Positions 50,930 through 61,941 of a stretch of DNA of 64,000 nt are shown here, piece by piece. Made by a program: the position numbers and the translations under genes. Under the pieces are notes generated by a model. The model made no database searches. It was given only the letters and a program-made list of their open reading frames with translations, and had not been told where the DNA came from. Location: the IMG/VR virus record IMGVR_UViG_3300028601_000021, positions 64,001 to 128,000 of that record; one strand, written 5' to 3'. The DNA is from a virus (lineage: Duplodnaviria; Caudoviricetes). Numbering within the stretch: the stretch's first letter is position 1; the number at the start of each line of letters is the position of its first letter.

Positions 50930-53083
50930 ATGTCCACAGGACAAATAGAAGTATACCGTAAGGAAATATTTGATTTCTTACGTACAGTCAGTATAAAGTT
51001 TGAACCGTTCTCGTATACTCTAGGTAGAGCTTATATGGAGGAACACGGTTATACTGATTTTAATGATGTATGGAATCCTTATTTTCAAAACTTATGTGGT
51101 GATTATGCTTATTACGATACTCCTATCTATGTGTACGCCATAGAGGATAATCAAGAGCATATACTGACTAAGGAATTCTTAGCTACACATCCTAAAACTG
51201 CAGCTATGTATCGTATCCCTAATACGGAATACTTTACTTTATGCAAGAAGTATCCTAAACAGGAAGGATTGATTAAGAGTATTATCTATCCTGCTAAAGA
51301 TATACAGACAGTGATAGCTGCACCTAATTTATCAGTATTGGCTTATGATGCTAATATACTCCATATAGATGAAAGAGAATCTTTAATATCCGAATTAGAG
51401 TCTTTCTTATCTATGGTCAATACTAGATGGTGGGTACCTGAATATTGTTATGAAAATCTATATCATGTATCCTTTTGGATGTTACTATGGCAGACTTTAC
51501 CTAATGTATTGTTAGCTAAAAGAGTAGATAACATACATACCCCAGCGGTGCATCCTTTTCACATATGGGAGTACTTAACTTCCCATGGAATAGGGGATTA
51601 TAGAGACATACTTTCCTCTAATCAAGCAAAGTGGCTTTATCGTAACCTACCTTGGGTATTGAAGAATAAAGGTAAGAATAATACTCTTATCGAATTAGCT
51701 AAACATCTCTTAACTGAGATGCGAGTACATATGGGTGGTGTGACAATCAAACCCAATACTTATGATAGTATAGATGATTGTCTACCTACTCCAGAATTAG
51801 TAGTGAACCAGATAGAGACAGATGCTATCTTATCTCAAATGACTTTACCTCAGTTGTTGAATAAGATAGAAGCTGCTAAGTTAATACCTGCTACAGATGC
51901 AGATGAAAGAGTAGAGATAGCTACCACTTTAGCTACTACTGAAAAAGATAAGTTGAAAACTAAGTATGTGGAATTCGTACGTAAGAATACCGATACTAAG
52001 TGGGAAAGATTACTGGTAGAATTCTTATTTGATTCTTTCATGTACAGATTCATCAATAACGATTTACAGTATAAATTAAAGTATACCGATAGCGTTATGG
52101 GCGGTGGGTATAGTTTATCTGTAGAAGATAGTGTGGCTTTATTGTATTATGCCTTACATAGGCAATTTGGTACTGAAGTCACTTATCTACCCAATAGTGT
52201 ATCTACTAGGATATGTTATCATCGTACTAGACCAAATGTGAATACTCTACCTAAGTCTTTTCATATCCTAGGTGAGAAGTATTACATTAAGTCATATGTA
52301 GATGTAGAAGGTATGACAGATAGGATACCTTACTATCCTAGGATGTTTTTATCCCATGATGAATATCTTGATTTCATAGCCTCTCAATTTCAATGTATCT
52401 TATTAGATGTGGTGAATGTACACAGTAGTGGTCATAGACTTTATCACGAAGCTATGACTTATTTGTATGGGCATCTATTGGTCAATAAGAGACACGAGCC
52501 GATATCATTTGGTCCTGATGTCACTACTTATAATGTACTTAGATCCAGGAACTTAGATTTAGAGGCTATCATTTCATATTACGATAGTACGATAGATCTT
52601 AAAGAGAATTATCGTATCTTATCTGATACATTAATGTCTACTTTGTTTCCTCTGGCTAATAGTAGATTTACATCACTCATAGGTGTATCTTCATATGAGA
52701 AAAAAATATATGAAGGGCTACGTAGTTTGTTTGTACAATTATGCAGTTACAATATCTCATTCTTAGATACAGATAGGGATTATCAAGAATACTTCGGTAT
52801 CCCTGCTATGTTAGAACATATAGAAGCTAGAACCAGTAAGGGTAATACTCATCTATATCTAACTGGTACTTACGATGTGATAAATAGACCTGTGGGTACT
52901 AGACCTATTTCGCCAGTACCTATTGGTATGGAAGCGAACAATATCTCTCCTGCTAGTCTATTCACCTCTTCTATGGAAATAGATATAAGAAAAGATATAG
53001 ATTTAGGTGCACGTAAGGCTACTGCTACCATATGGGCACCTACTGGTATATCTATGAGTATCATCAATCCAGCTACCCCTTAA
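50930..53083 (+). CDS. Virion structural protein, phiKZ gp128-like
   Basis: AVHPFHIWEYLTSHG, WLYRN, QLCSY; divergent from portal. ATG at 50930 follows AAGGAG. Confidence 0.65.
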   Translation: MSTGQIEVYRKEIFDFLRTVSIKFEPFSYTLGRAYMEEHGYTDFNDVWNPYFQNLCGDYAYYDTPIYVYAIEDNQEHILTKEFLATHPKTAAMYRIPNTEYFTLCKKYPKQEGLIKSIIYPAKDIQTVIAAPNLSVLAYDANILHIDERESLISELESFLSMVNTRWWVPEYCYENLYHVSFWMLLWQTLPNVLLAKRVDNIHTPAVHPFHIWEYLTSHGIGDYRDILSSNQAKWLYRNLPWVLKNKGKNNTLIELAKHLLTEMRVHMGGVTIKPNTYDSIDDCLPTPELVVNQIETDAILSQMTLPQLLNKIEAAKLIPATDADERVEIATTLATTEKDKLKTKYVEFVRKNTDTKWERLLVEFLFDSFMYRFINNDLQYKLKYTDSVMGGGYSLSVEDSVALLYYALHRQFGTEVTYLPNSVSTRICYHRTRPNVNTLPKSFHILGEKYYIKSYVDVEGMTDRIPYYPRMFLSHDEYLDFIASQFQCILLDVVNVHSSGHRLYHEAMTYLYGHLLVNKRHEPISFGPDVTTYNVLRSRNLDLEAIISYYDSTIDLKENYRILSDTLMSTLFPLANSRFTSLIGVSSYEKKIYEGLRSLFVQLCSYNISFLDTDRDYQEYFGIPAMLEHIEARTSKGNTHLYLTGTYDVINRPVGTRPISPVPIGMEANNISPASLFTSSMEIDIRKDIDLGARKATATIWAPTGISMSIINPATP

Positions 53084-53110
53084 AGACTTTATATACGGAG
53101 TATATTTATT

Positions 53111-53944
53111 ATGGATAATGTGAATGCAGTAGCTTATGCTACTAAGTCCTTACTGAGTGGTAAAATAGAACTTTGTCAGATGTTACCTATCACATTTGAA
53201 GAAGATCTTACTTCCACTTTGAACTATAAGCATGGGGTATTTGCTAATACCAGACCTGAAACTATCCCTAAAGTGAAATACTTTGGTATCGGTATCGGTG
53301 GTCGTTATTTGGTAGATGATGCTGCTCTTACTAGTGCTTATAAGCCAGCTATGGATGACATGGATTTATACATGCCTATCCCATTTAGATTGGTACCTAT
53401 CGATGAAGACTTGAGTAGTGCCGAACGAGCCAATTATCGCATGCGTGTACGTAAGACTATCAATGGTGTAGAGTACTATGCTTATTATCTTAAGCTCATC
53501 GAGTACAGTGAAGGCCTTAAGTTCACTCGTATCAATCCTGCTACTCAGGAAGAAGAACCTTATGAGTTAGATCCCACTAATCTCACCCCTATAGGTAAGA
53601 AACCCAGTACCTCAGGTACTACGGATGCTACTATCCAGGAAATTAAAGCTTCTGTAAAAGCACAAATCACTTTTACTGGAGCTGAAGTCACAGAAGCCAT
53701 TAACATCATGTTCAATGGTGACTTGCGATATGCAGTAATTTCTGAACTTGGTCTTTACATGGGTGAAGATAAAGTAGTCAGTAGTGTCACACCTGCAGGT
53801 ACCAGTATCTCCTATAGTGAATCTATCTATACCCAGATGGTCATCAAGAATACCTTTAATGGTACTGATATGTCCCAGAATGGTAGTGTGGAGAAGAGAG
53901 ATATTGTGTTTACTTCCGGTACACCTATGATCTTGCTTGGATAA
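53111..53944 (+). CDS. Virion structural protein, phiKZ gp127-like
   Basis: YFGIGIGG, PIPFRLVP..DL..ERANYRMR, YYAYYLK, AVISELGL. Confidence 0.65.
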   Translation: MDNVNAVAYATKSLLSGKIELCQMLPITFEEDLTSTLNYKHGVFANTRPETIPKVKYFGIGIGGRYLVDDAALTSAYKPAMDDMDLYMPIPFRLVPIDEDLSSAERANYRMRVRKTINGVEYYAYYLKLIEYSEGLKFTRINPATQEEEPYELDPTNLTPIGKKPSTSGTTDATIQEIKASVKAQITFTGAEVTEAINIMFNGDLRYAVISELGLYMGEDKVVSSVTPAGTSISYSESIYTQMVIKNTFNGTDMSQNGSVEKRDIVFTSGTPMILLG

Positions 53945-53965
53945 AAAAATACACACAGAGTATAC

Positions 53966-54006
53966 ACTCCTACTACAGTACCTATATCGGGTACTGTAGT
54001 AGGAGT
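53966..54006. terminator. Family palindrome between convergent genes
   Basis: ACTCCTACTACAGTACC/GGTACTGTAGTAGGAGT. Confidence 0.7.
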
Positions 54007-54013
54007 ATCTCTA

Positions 54014-54247
54014 TTAATAAATAAAACATATGATCTGATCTGTGATAGTGTTCTTTTTATCCTCTATCTCTTTTTGGATAGATACATAATCCAATCCTAA
54101 AGGGATAGCTATTTTCATCAGATCTTTAGACTGTTGTTGTTTTTGTATGAGTTGTAATTGAAGACACCTGGCTTGACTACGTAGTGTATTTAGATGATTA
54201 ATCAAAGCAGCTTTTTGTTCATCAGATATAGACCGTTTTCCTGGCAT
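54014..54247 (-). CDS. Small hypothetical protein
   Basis: 77-aa ORF with GGAG RBS. Confidence 0.5.
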   Translation of the reverse strand: MPGKRSISDEQKAALINHLNTLRSQARCLQLQLIQKQQQSKDLMKIAIPLGLDYVSIQKEIEDKKNTITDQIICFIY

Positions 54248-54314
54248 TTATCACTCCGTAGAATGCATATATCCTACTATCAATAGGATTGTACTGATAG
54301 TAGGATATAGTGGC

Positions 54315-54800
54315 TTATTCTTCCAATTCCTTAGATTTACCATTCACCACTTTAGCATCATCTCCGCACCATCTTTCTGGTACGAATACAGTCTGTGGTT
54401 CTTCTTCTTTTGTCAATACACATTCTCTACATGTAGGTGGTACTATCTTGATTTCCAATATATCCACACTACCACCTCTGAACAAAGTAGCTATCCATCC
54501 AGAGGATAATCGTTCGTACCACACTAAGCATTTATCAGGATCGTTATAATGATTACCTAAATACAATCTAATGGTGTGATCTACTTTATCCACTATTAAA
54601 GTTTCATCTTCCGTTATTTTATTTATAAGTTCTAGAGCTTTTACTTTGAAAGTTGGGTTGAGAGTATACTTTTCTATGATGGGTCTAGCTAGATCCAACA
54701 ATTCCTCTCTAGTCAATTCCATGTGATTTACTATCATAAGTGGGACCTCCGGTATAGGATTGCCACTATGCGGAAACAAAAAAGTAGTACAGGCTCCCAT
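54315..54800 (-). CDS. Hypothetical protein (true start probably downstream of the palindrome)
   Basis: ORF track; the annotated ATG lies inside a 28-bp palindrome. Confidence 0.5.
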   Translation of the reverse strand: MGACTTFLFPHSGNPIPEVPLMIVNHMELTREELLDLARPIIEKYTLNPTFKVKALELINKITEDETLIVDKVDHTIRLYLGNHYNDPDKCLVWYERLSSGWIATLFRGGSVDILEIKIVPPTCRECVLTKEEEPQTVFVPERWCGDDAKVVNGKSKELEE

Positions 54801-54839
54801 ATGGGAGCCTGTACCTGTAAATATGAAACAAACAGTCCT

Positions 54840-56675
54840 CTAGTTAGTACGGTAAATAACCAATGCATCTTCCAGGGTGTTACCTGAATAGTACTTATCT
54901 GTTTCCATATCAGTACCAGTAAGGTCCAACTGAATGACAGGATACTTATTAGCCAGATCTATCAAGATCTGATGAAGTGCATTCTTAGCTGTATCTGAGT
55001 GATAGCCACTTTCGGCTTTCAGCTTAGTAGCTCTGGTGGGAAGTTTGAGGTTGGTAATAGCCTTTTGCTGTCTACGTACCATGATAGTACGATTAGCCAG
55101 CTGAGAGAGAACAGACTTATCGATAGAATCATGTTCATCTCTGATCAGGTCATGAATCATTCTGCTATTCATACCACGGTACCGTAAACCGTTGTCTTCC
55201 ATAGCAAGAGCATAATTCATATCCTCTTCATTGGTGGTTACACTAAGGAACATCCAATTACGTACATCACATACTGCATTGATAGCATGACGTACGCAAC
55301 GGAGCAGGTGAAGTACCCAAGACTTAAACTTGGTGTATTCTTCGATACCTTTCATGTCATTCTGATTCAGAGCTTTACAGAGATCGATGATATCCTTGAA
55401 TTCACTGATGGTGATAAAACTATTCTGACCATCAGCGGGATCGACATACATCAATGATACCATAGCAGCTTTATTGAATTCTTCCACTGCAGTGGTCTCG
55501 ATGTACTTCTTCAGCTTATGGTCAGTGATACCTTTGATGGTATCGATCAGACCTTTAAAGTTTTCCAGAGTATTGAATGCCACTTTCTTACGTGCTTCCT
55601 TTACCTGATTGAGTACTTCGAGTACCTTAAGCAAAGGAGTATCGACTACTACTTTCTCGTAATAAGAAAGATGATAGAAGTAACGGGGATATTCAGATTT
55701 GATAGAAGAACTTCTGATGGTGTTCATGAAGTCGTTCTTTGCATTATCCCAATTGGAATACAAAGAATGCATTTCCACATCCATTACCAAAGCTTCAGTG
55801 CCACCATCTGTACCGTATACCACCATGGACTTTACTTTCTGTCCACCAATGGTATTGATGATTTCCATGATAGCTTCATTTTCTTTGGTACGATCAAGGA
55901 TGGTGACATCTTCTTCTACTTCATCGAAGGTCATACCACCGAACAATGTGAAATCGCTATCGTCGTTTTCAGTAGCACGGATAGCTTCCATGACAGCATT
56001 GTTCACTACATTGGGTTTGTAAATGGTATTGGTAGCACTTGCTACTTCTACCGGATTAGCCACTGCTTGTACTGGTTGGGTGTATTCCATTCTGGTTACC
56101 GGTGCGTTCCTGAGTTCAGTTTGATTGTGACTAGGTGGTACCTTCACATTTAACAATGCTTGGGTATTTACCTTCGGTCCGTATACTTCGGACAGAGGAT
56201 TACCACCAGCATTTGTCATGCCCTGGTTGATCATACCACCACCCATCATTCCACTGGGTGCCTGTACCATGACGCCATTTACGATAGTACCGGGAGGATA
56301 AGTCTGCCCCTGAGGGACTACTACTCCAGGCATCCCCATCTGCTGTGGCTGCATGATCTGTACCTGCTGCTGACCTCTCATCATCTGGCGTATCTGATTA
56401 AGCATAGCCACCACGTAAGTATACATGGCCTGATGAAGATCCGTTGGATTGAAAGGCATCTGATACTGCTGACCAGTATGAGGATTGTACTGAACCAATC
56501 TACTACCGAAATCATTACAGAAACGTACCAAACCACCACTATTTATAGTGTTCTGTATGGCATTTACTTCGGGATGACTGATCTGTCCCTGATTCAACAT
56601 CTGCTGAATTACAGCTCCAAGAGATTGCATAGCTGAACTCTGTAATTCATTCACACCACTATTGACTGGATACAT
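54840..56675 (-). CDS. Conserved jumbo-phage protein with Q/M/G/P low-complexity segment
   Basis: 611 aa, AAGGAG RBS, downstream of the non-virion RNAP subunit. Confidence 0.55.
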   Translation of the reverse strand: MYPVNSGVNELQSSAMQSLGAVIQQMLNQGQISHPEVNAIQNTINSGGLVRFCNDFGSRLVQYNPHTGQQYQMPFNPTDLHQAMYTYVVAMLNQIRQMMRGQQQVQIMQPQQMGMPGVVVPQGQTYPPGTIVNGVMVQAPSGMMGGGMINQGMTNAGGNPLSEVYGPKVNTQALLNVKVPPSHNQTELRNAPVTRMEYTQPVQAVANPVEVASATNTIYKPNVVNNAVMEAIRATENDDSDFTLFGGMTFDEVEEDVTILDRTKENEAIMEIINTIGGQKVKSMVVYGTDGGTEALVMDVEMHSLYSNWDNAKNDFMNTIRSSSIKSEYPRYFYHLSYYEKVVVDTPLLKVLEVLNQVKEARKKVAFNTLENFKGLIDTIKGITDHKLKKYIETTAVEEFNKAAMVSLMYVDPADGQNSFITISEFKDIIDLCKALNQNDMKGIEEYTKFKSWVLHLLRCVRHAINAVCDVRNWMFLSVTTNEEDMNYALAMEDNGLRYRGMNSRMIHDLIRDEHDSIDKSVLSQLANRTIMVRRQQKAITNLKLPTRATKLKAESGYHSDTAKNALHQILIDLANKYPVIQLDLTGTDMETDKYYSGNTLEDALVIYRTN

Positions 56676-56699
56676 ACTTTATTCTCCTTATTGGGTATG

Positions 56700-58232
56700 T
56701 TATCTGCTGGGCAAGTCTTTATCTAGCAAATCGATATCTGCAGCATAATCTGGTTTTACAAAACAACCATCTCCCCTTGTGATTTCCACATAAGGATTGA
56801 TACTACCAGATACACCAGGACTACTCGATGGGATAGATAAGATGGATTCCACTACGGGAAAGCTAGTGTGGAATCTATGTTCTTTGGCGGTAATAAGATT
56901 GACTGTCTTCTTATTAGTACTGTCTTGGTTGGCTGCTTGTCTGACTTTCTTACCCATAAGAGAGAGTAATTCATTGTCATTGTAACAAGTGATACCACGG
57001 ACCAGACTACTTTTATAGATACCAGTGATCTTAGAATTAGGCATACGGAACAAACTACGTACTGCCTTATCATTAAGATTCTTCTGTCTCTGTAGAGTAG
57101 TGTAGCATCTGGTGAAAATAGCTTTAGTTAGATCCACCATCAACAATTCCAATACGCCTACTTTCTTTTCATACAGATCATTAGGAGCATGGTTGATTAA
57201 CCATTCATCCAAATGACTAAATACATTCACAAATAGATCGTGGATGTCTTCGCAAATCACACCTTGCTTTGCTAATTCCATCTTAGTGATAGGATCGAGA
57301 TATGTAGCTAAGCTTTCCAGATGAGTACTAGCTTGGCTACATGCTAAACTGGTCTTATACTTAGGACCAAAGATAGCTCTACCTAACATGATCTTGTAGG
57401 CACTATTCTCCAAATCGAATAGATCTGCAAATGTATAGAAAGTAAAGAAAGAGAACAGATACACCATAGATGCTACCATACGGCGTATGGTTACCTGGGA
57501 CATCAATGATTCATTCACATTCAAATACACGTCATCTCTACATCTGAATGTCATATACCCATCGATGGGATTATGAGATTCCGATAGATACATATCTTTC
57601 TGGGATACCCCGAATGCATCCAGAGTACCTACAAATCCACGAGTACAAAGAGGATACAACATCAGAGCTGTTTTGATATCGTTCTTAGTTCTCTTTCTAG
57701 ATTTATAATGCACCTTAACAGTAATGATTGTATCATAGAAAGATTTACCTTCCATAGATACATAGCTGTATTGTTCGGTACGCCAGAAATGCATGGGGCT
57801 ACGCATTACTTTAATAACGATACAATCTTGAGTACGATAGATGATACGTTCGATAATAGCCAATTGTACATAGTACTTTGTATCATTAATGACAATACAA
57901 CCATTATGGAGATACGGTACATATATGTGTGTGGTATACAGCTGCTGCTCGAATTCAAAGGTAAACTCTATCAGAATCAATTCAGATTTCTGGATATTGT
58001 ATTTGCCTTTAGTGATGGAATGTTCCATCATCGCATCTATACGTTTCTCTGGAGAAAGGATAGTGTATCCTTTATATGTGATAGCGCCATTGAAAAGCTT
58101 GATAGCTTCTCTGAATACCGTATCAATATAAGACACACTCTGGTCTACTTGTTCTTTTCTGTAATCCTTTAATAGATAGTTGTTAAATTCTGGTAGCTGA
58201 TGCCTTATAGCACCTTGTATTTCATTCCACAT
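56700..58232 (-). CDS. Non-virion RNA polymerase beta N-terminal subunit (phiKZ gp123-like)
   Basis: HIYVPYL, YLDP, FHTSFPVVES...SSPGVSGSINPY. Confidence 0.75.
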   Translation of the reverse strand: MWNEIQGAIRHQLPEFNNYLLKDYRKEQVDQSVSYIDTVFREAIKLFNGAITYKGYTILSPEKRIDAMMEHSITKGKYNIQKSELILIEFTFEFEQQLYTTHIYVPYLHNGCIVINDTKYYVQLAIIERIIYRTQDCIVIKVMRSPMHFWRTEQYSYVSMEGKSFYDTIITVKVHYKSRKRTKNDIKTALMLYPLCTRGFVGTLDAFGVSQKDMYLSESHNPIDGYMTFRCRDDVYLNVNESLMSQVTIRRMVASMVYLFSFFTFYTFADLFDLENSAYKIMLGRAIFGPKYKTSLACSQASTHLESLATYLDPITKMELAKQGVICEDIHDLFVNVFSHLDEWLINHAPNDLYEKKVGVLELLMVDLTKAIFTRCYTTLQRQKNLNDKAVRSLFRMPNSKITGIYKSSLVRGITCYNDNELLSLMGKKVRQAANQDSTNKKTVNLITAKEHRFHTSFPVVESILSIPSSSPGVSGSINPYVEITRGDGCFVKPDYAADIDLLDKDLPSR

Positions 58233-58266
58233 GATCTACAAACTCCTTGGTGTGTAAAGAGGTGTA

Positions 58267-59505
58267 TTACAGAAAGAACATAAAAGGTAAGATACATTTC
58301 GTAAAGGACCACACTCCTCCTAGAAACGACCCTATACCTGCCATTACTGTCTTCAATGCTAGGGTGATACCTATCGCACTAGGTACTATCACTGCTGCTG
58401 CTTTTATGGCTGTAGACCAAGCTGCAGATTCAGCTGCTTTAGTAGATAATGCTTCTTTTTCTACTTTAAGTGAATGGATAGTAGTCTCTTTATCCATCCG
58501 TTCTAACTCACTGTTCATCTTTACCCTATCGTGGATGAGATGATCGTTGGTACGATATCTATCGATAGTGTATTCTTGTTGTTTGATCTCGTGCTTTTGC
58601 TGATCGATAGTGGATTTTAATCTACTTACTTCAGCTTCTAATTCAGCTATCTTATCTGTATATTTGACTAAGTTAGCTTTATACTGTCGTTCTTCTTCAT
58701 CCTTCTTATCCCTAAGGTCCGTAATCATAGTACGTACTTTATTGATAGAAGTACCGAATACCCAGGTATCGTTACCTAAATGCACTTCATCTACACCGTC
58801 GAAGATAGCATCTGTATCATCAATAGTGTAGGTCAATCTACGAGACACATATTCTTTATTCTCTACATCGTACTGTACTGAGGATGCAGCAGATACACTA
58901 ATGAAAGGATATTCATGTCCATGACATACTGGAGTATGCATGACTAAATCACCTACAGCCCAGAATAGATTGGAAATCTTTGGATCTGGGTGATTAGCTA
59001 TAACAGAGATAGTGTGGTTGTTGATACTATCTTTAATATCGTTAACTGCTTTCTCTATCAATTCTTTCTTGGTGGTACCTATACGAGGATGGATCTCTTC
59101 TAATCTACCTTTATGTAATTCAAAAGATAGAGCCATATCTAATTCAGGTACGAATATGGCATCCTGCATAAGTTCTTTAGAAAGTACAGTGACTTCAGTT
59201 ACTAGTTTATTAGGGTGGAACTTGAAGGTATCAATACATTTATCACGTCTACCTAATGTACGATGAGTAGATATTACTACTTTACCACCATCATCTTGAA
59301 CACCAGCGTAATAAGGTGGTACTTCTACTGGTTTACCAGTATAGTCCAATACATGGAGTATTCTAGAAGTTTGATTCAATATAACAGTTTCACTATACCA
59401 GCTACTGCAATTACAATGCAATTCATTGCAGTTTTCTTTCACTACGAGTTTATAGGGAGGGGTATGCTGCAAAGAAGAAGTAGAGAACGTAGGTGCATTG
59501 GCCAT
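58267..59505 (-). CDS. Hypothetical protein with coiled coil and C-terminal hydrophobic segments
   Basis: 412 aa; TATATTAC upstream at 59681. Confidence 0.6.
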   Translation of the reverse strand: MANAPTFSTSSLQHTPPYKLVVKENCNELHCNCSSWYSETVILNQTSRILHVLDYTGKPVEVPPYYAGVQDDGGKVVISTHRTLGRRDKCIDTFKFHPNKLVTEVTVLSKELMQDAIFVPELDMALSFELHKGRLEEIHPRIGTTKKELIEKAVNDIKDSINNHTISVIANHPDPKISNLFWAVGDLVMHTPVCHGHEYPFISVSAASSVQYDVENKEYVSRRLTYTIDDTDAIFDGVDEVHLGNDTWVFGTSINKVRTMITDLRDKKDEEERQYKANLVKYTDKIAELEAEVSRLKSTIDQQKHEIKQQEYTIDRYRTNDHLIHDRVKMNSELERMDKETTIHSLKVEKEALSTKAAESAAWSTAIKAAAVIVPSAIGITLALKTVMAGIGSFLGGVWSFTKCILPFMFFL

Positions 59506-59680
59506 GTGAGAAATCTCCTTGACGCTTATACCTAATAGAATATAGGTGTGAAATTTTTATATACTCTAGTAGATAATAAATTTATATAAGGCTACTACAG
59601 CACCATTTACGGTGCTGTAGTAGCTGGTATGTATATAGATAAAAGAGTTTTAGGAAATAGATGATACCACTTCCAATTAA

Positions 59681-59688
59681 GTAATATA
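59681..59688 (-). promoter_or_regulatory. phiKZ-type early promoter TATATTAC
   Basis: Exact motif upstream of the operon containing the non-virion RNAP subunit. Confidence 0.7.
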
Positions 59689-59710
59689 TATCTAAAGCCT
59701 AAATGACGTT

Positions 59711-61129
59711 TTAGTTAAAAGCAGTAAATAAGACAGTACCTATTTCTCTGACATCCTTAGGGATAATAGAGTCTACGATATCAGTATTCTTCTTAGACAT
59801 AGTGACTACATTCTGCATATTTAGAGCAGACCTAGTACCGTAGGTTTTACCGGATACTAGTTTAGTCTTATCTACTTTTAAGGTAGCAGCTGCATTATTG
59901 TAAGCTGTTATTTTACCAGTCTTATCTTCACTTAAATCCATATTGGCATTTAAGAAACGTAAATCAGATAAAGCATCTACCATATCAGTAGGACTTAAAG
60001 TAGTAGCTACGGTATCGTAGGTATAAGGATCTCCATTATAGACAGAAGCATCCTTTACTTTATTCTTCAATACTAAACTACTTCTATTATCGAAATAGCT
60101 ATTGCAATTCAATAATTGACTAAGTAATGCATTGAGACCCAAACTACCAGCTAGTAATAACAACATATCGTAAAGGTCTTTGTTATTACCGTAATTAAAT
60201 AGTCCACTAAATCCTACATTACCGCATAAAGATCTAGCTAAGTCATATAAGCTATCTACGTCATTGTTACTTACATTAGAACTTGGCGATATACCTGGGA
60301 TAGCATTACCGTTAGCATCACTGCGTTTAGGATAATTCAATCCAGTAGGTAGTAAACTATTCAAATCCAATAACTTATCGGTCACACCGTCTATAAATGG
60401 TAATTTATCAGATAAGAAAGAAGCACTATCTGTCAATTGATCAGTGAGATTAGTAGTGGTGTTATTAAAGAAACCAGTAACGCTATCTGGTAACATACCT
60501 AAAGCACTATCTAAGGCATTCTTACCAAAGCTAGCTACGCTACTGGTGATCTTACCAGCTATACCGGATACACTACTAGTGACAGTAGAAAGCATACTAC
60601 CGACATCCAATCCCTGAAAAGCAGACATAGCACCACTCATATTACCTGAGATGCTACTAGCCATAGATTTCAGAGCACTAGTGATACTACCACCACTAGT
60701 GAGATTCTCTATCCCTGTACGAGACGATAGGGTATTCAACATATCCGTAGGTAAAGATAGATTGGATAAATCTACCACACCAGCTATGTCGGTAGGAGTA
60801 GAAGCTATACCGATAGTTTCTTTTACGGATTTAGTGATAAAGGATACTGGTTGAGCTAAAGCAGCACTACTATCACCAGCTAAAGATTGTACCTTGGATA
60901 AGGATTCACTACTACCTTTAGCTACGATATCGGCGATACTACCCATCTTACTATCTTTCAATACAGCAGAAGCATCTTTAGTAAAAGCATTAGCTGTTTT
61001 AGTGAGACTATCTGCTATACCACTGACATTACTAGTGGATGCTAAACTAGATGCTTGTGATGTAGCTGCAGCTACACCTGATTGGATCTTACTGAGATCT
61101 ATAGAAGACAAATCAAATTTACTAGCCAT
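59711..61129 (-). CDS. Ser/Ala-rich hypothetical protein, probably virion
   Basis: Low-complexity N-terminal half; directly follows the virion RNAP subunit. Confidence 0.5.
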   Translation of the reverse strand: MASKFDLSSIDLSKIQSGVAAATSQASSLASTSNVSGIADSLTKTANAFTKDASAVLKDSKMGSIADIVAKGSSESLSKVQSLAGDSSAALAQPVSFITKSVKETIGIASTPTDIAGVVDLSNLSLPTDMLNTLSSRTGIENLTSGGSITSALKSMASSISGNMSGAMSAFQGLDVGSMLSTVTSSVSGIAGKITSSVASFGKNALDSALGMLPDSVTGFFNNTTTNLTDQLTDSASFLSDKLPFIDGVTDKLLDLNSLLPTGLNYPKRSDANGNAIPGISPSSNVSNNDVDSLYDLARSLCGNVGFSGLFNYGNNKDLYDMLLLLAGSLGLNALLSQLLNCNSYFDNRSSLVLKNKVKDASVYNGDPYTYDTVATTLSPTDMVDALSDLRFLNANMDLSEDKTGKITAYNNAAATLKVDKTKLVSGKTYGTRSALNMQNVVTMSKKNTDIVDSIIPKDVREIGTVLFTAFN

Positions 61130-61134
61130 AGTAA

Positions 61135-61809
61135 TTATCCTTCAGTGACCACATTGGCTTTGATATGCATACCAGCTAAGAGAGTCTGGTAAACCATAGC
61201 ACTACGGGATACACTACCTGTTTCATTTAAAGTCACATGAGCTTGACCATTTTCCTCTAGCTCTCTCTTCAGACCAGCATAGGCAGCGATATCACCACCT
61301 CTATACTTAGCTAATTCCTGAGTAGTGTGCTCCAGTCCTTTAGATAATAAGAACTGCATTTCGATACGAGATAAGCTAGCTGCTTTATCTGGTTTCACTA
61401 CTTGACCAGAGAGTAGATCGATACGTTTATCACTATCGGGTATAGAACGCTTGTGTGATAAGATTTGACTGACTCTGCGCACCGGTAGTTTCAGTACTAA
61501 GTATTTCTCTGGGGTGAGGTAGGATTTACCAGTAACTGGATCTTTAAACTGAATGCGTTCAAATAATTCCAGATTCAGACTATCTGCTGCTTTAAAGAGA
61601 TCTTCCATCTTTAAATTGATCTTAAGATTAGGTACGTAGATATAGATCTGTGTTTCACCTTTTCTCATAGAAAGCATGTAGTCGTGGAATGCTTTGTCAT
61701 CTAAAGCAGCGAAGAAAGCTTTATACCTCTCTGCATTAGTACCACCTGGATCTATCATCATCAGATGCTTAATTATATATTCTTCTACTTTCTTACGTTT
61801 GGGTGTCAT
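61135..61809 (-). CDS. Virion RNA polymerase beta C-terminal subunit (phiKZ gp149-like)
   Basis: LPVRRVSQ...K..IP...IDLLSGQV...SRIEMQFL..KGL..T.QEL..YRGGD matches the beta C-terminus. Confidence 0.85.
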   Translation of the reverse strand: MTPKRKKVEEYIIKHLMMIDPGGTNAERYKAFFAALDDKAFHDYMLSMRKGETQIYIYVPNLKINLKMEDLFKAADSLNLELFERIQFKDPVTGKSYLTPEKYLVLKLPVRRVSQILSHKRSIPDSDKRIDLLSGQVVKPDKAASLSRIEMQFLLSKGLEHTTQELAKYRGGDIAAYAGLKRELEENGQAHVTLNETGSVSRSAMVYQTLLAGMHIKANVVTEG

Positions 61810-61941
61810 ATAAGTATTTCCTTTATTTAGAGAATAAATGGACTATAAGATCGTGATAAGATAGTGACCGGATATACAGGAAAAAATTAACACCGTCATC
61901 GGATAAATAGCAGGAGTACCACTACGGTACTCCTGCTATAA

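Noticed and set aside
55518-56636. Plus-strand ORFs of 211, 107 and 158 aa
   Set aside because: Antisense shadows of the 611-aa minus-strand gene with no motifs.
54840-56675. Chimallin (nuclear shell protein) assignment based on size
   Set aside because: No recognisable similarity, and the context next to a gp123-like gene does not support it.
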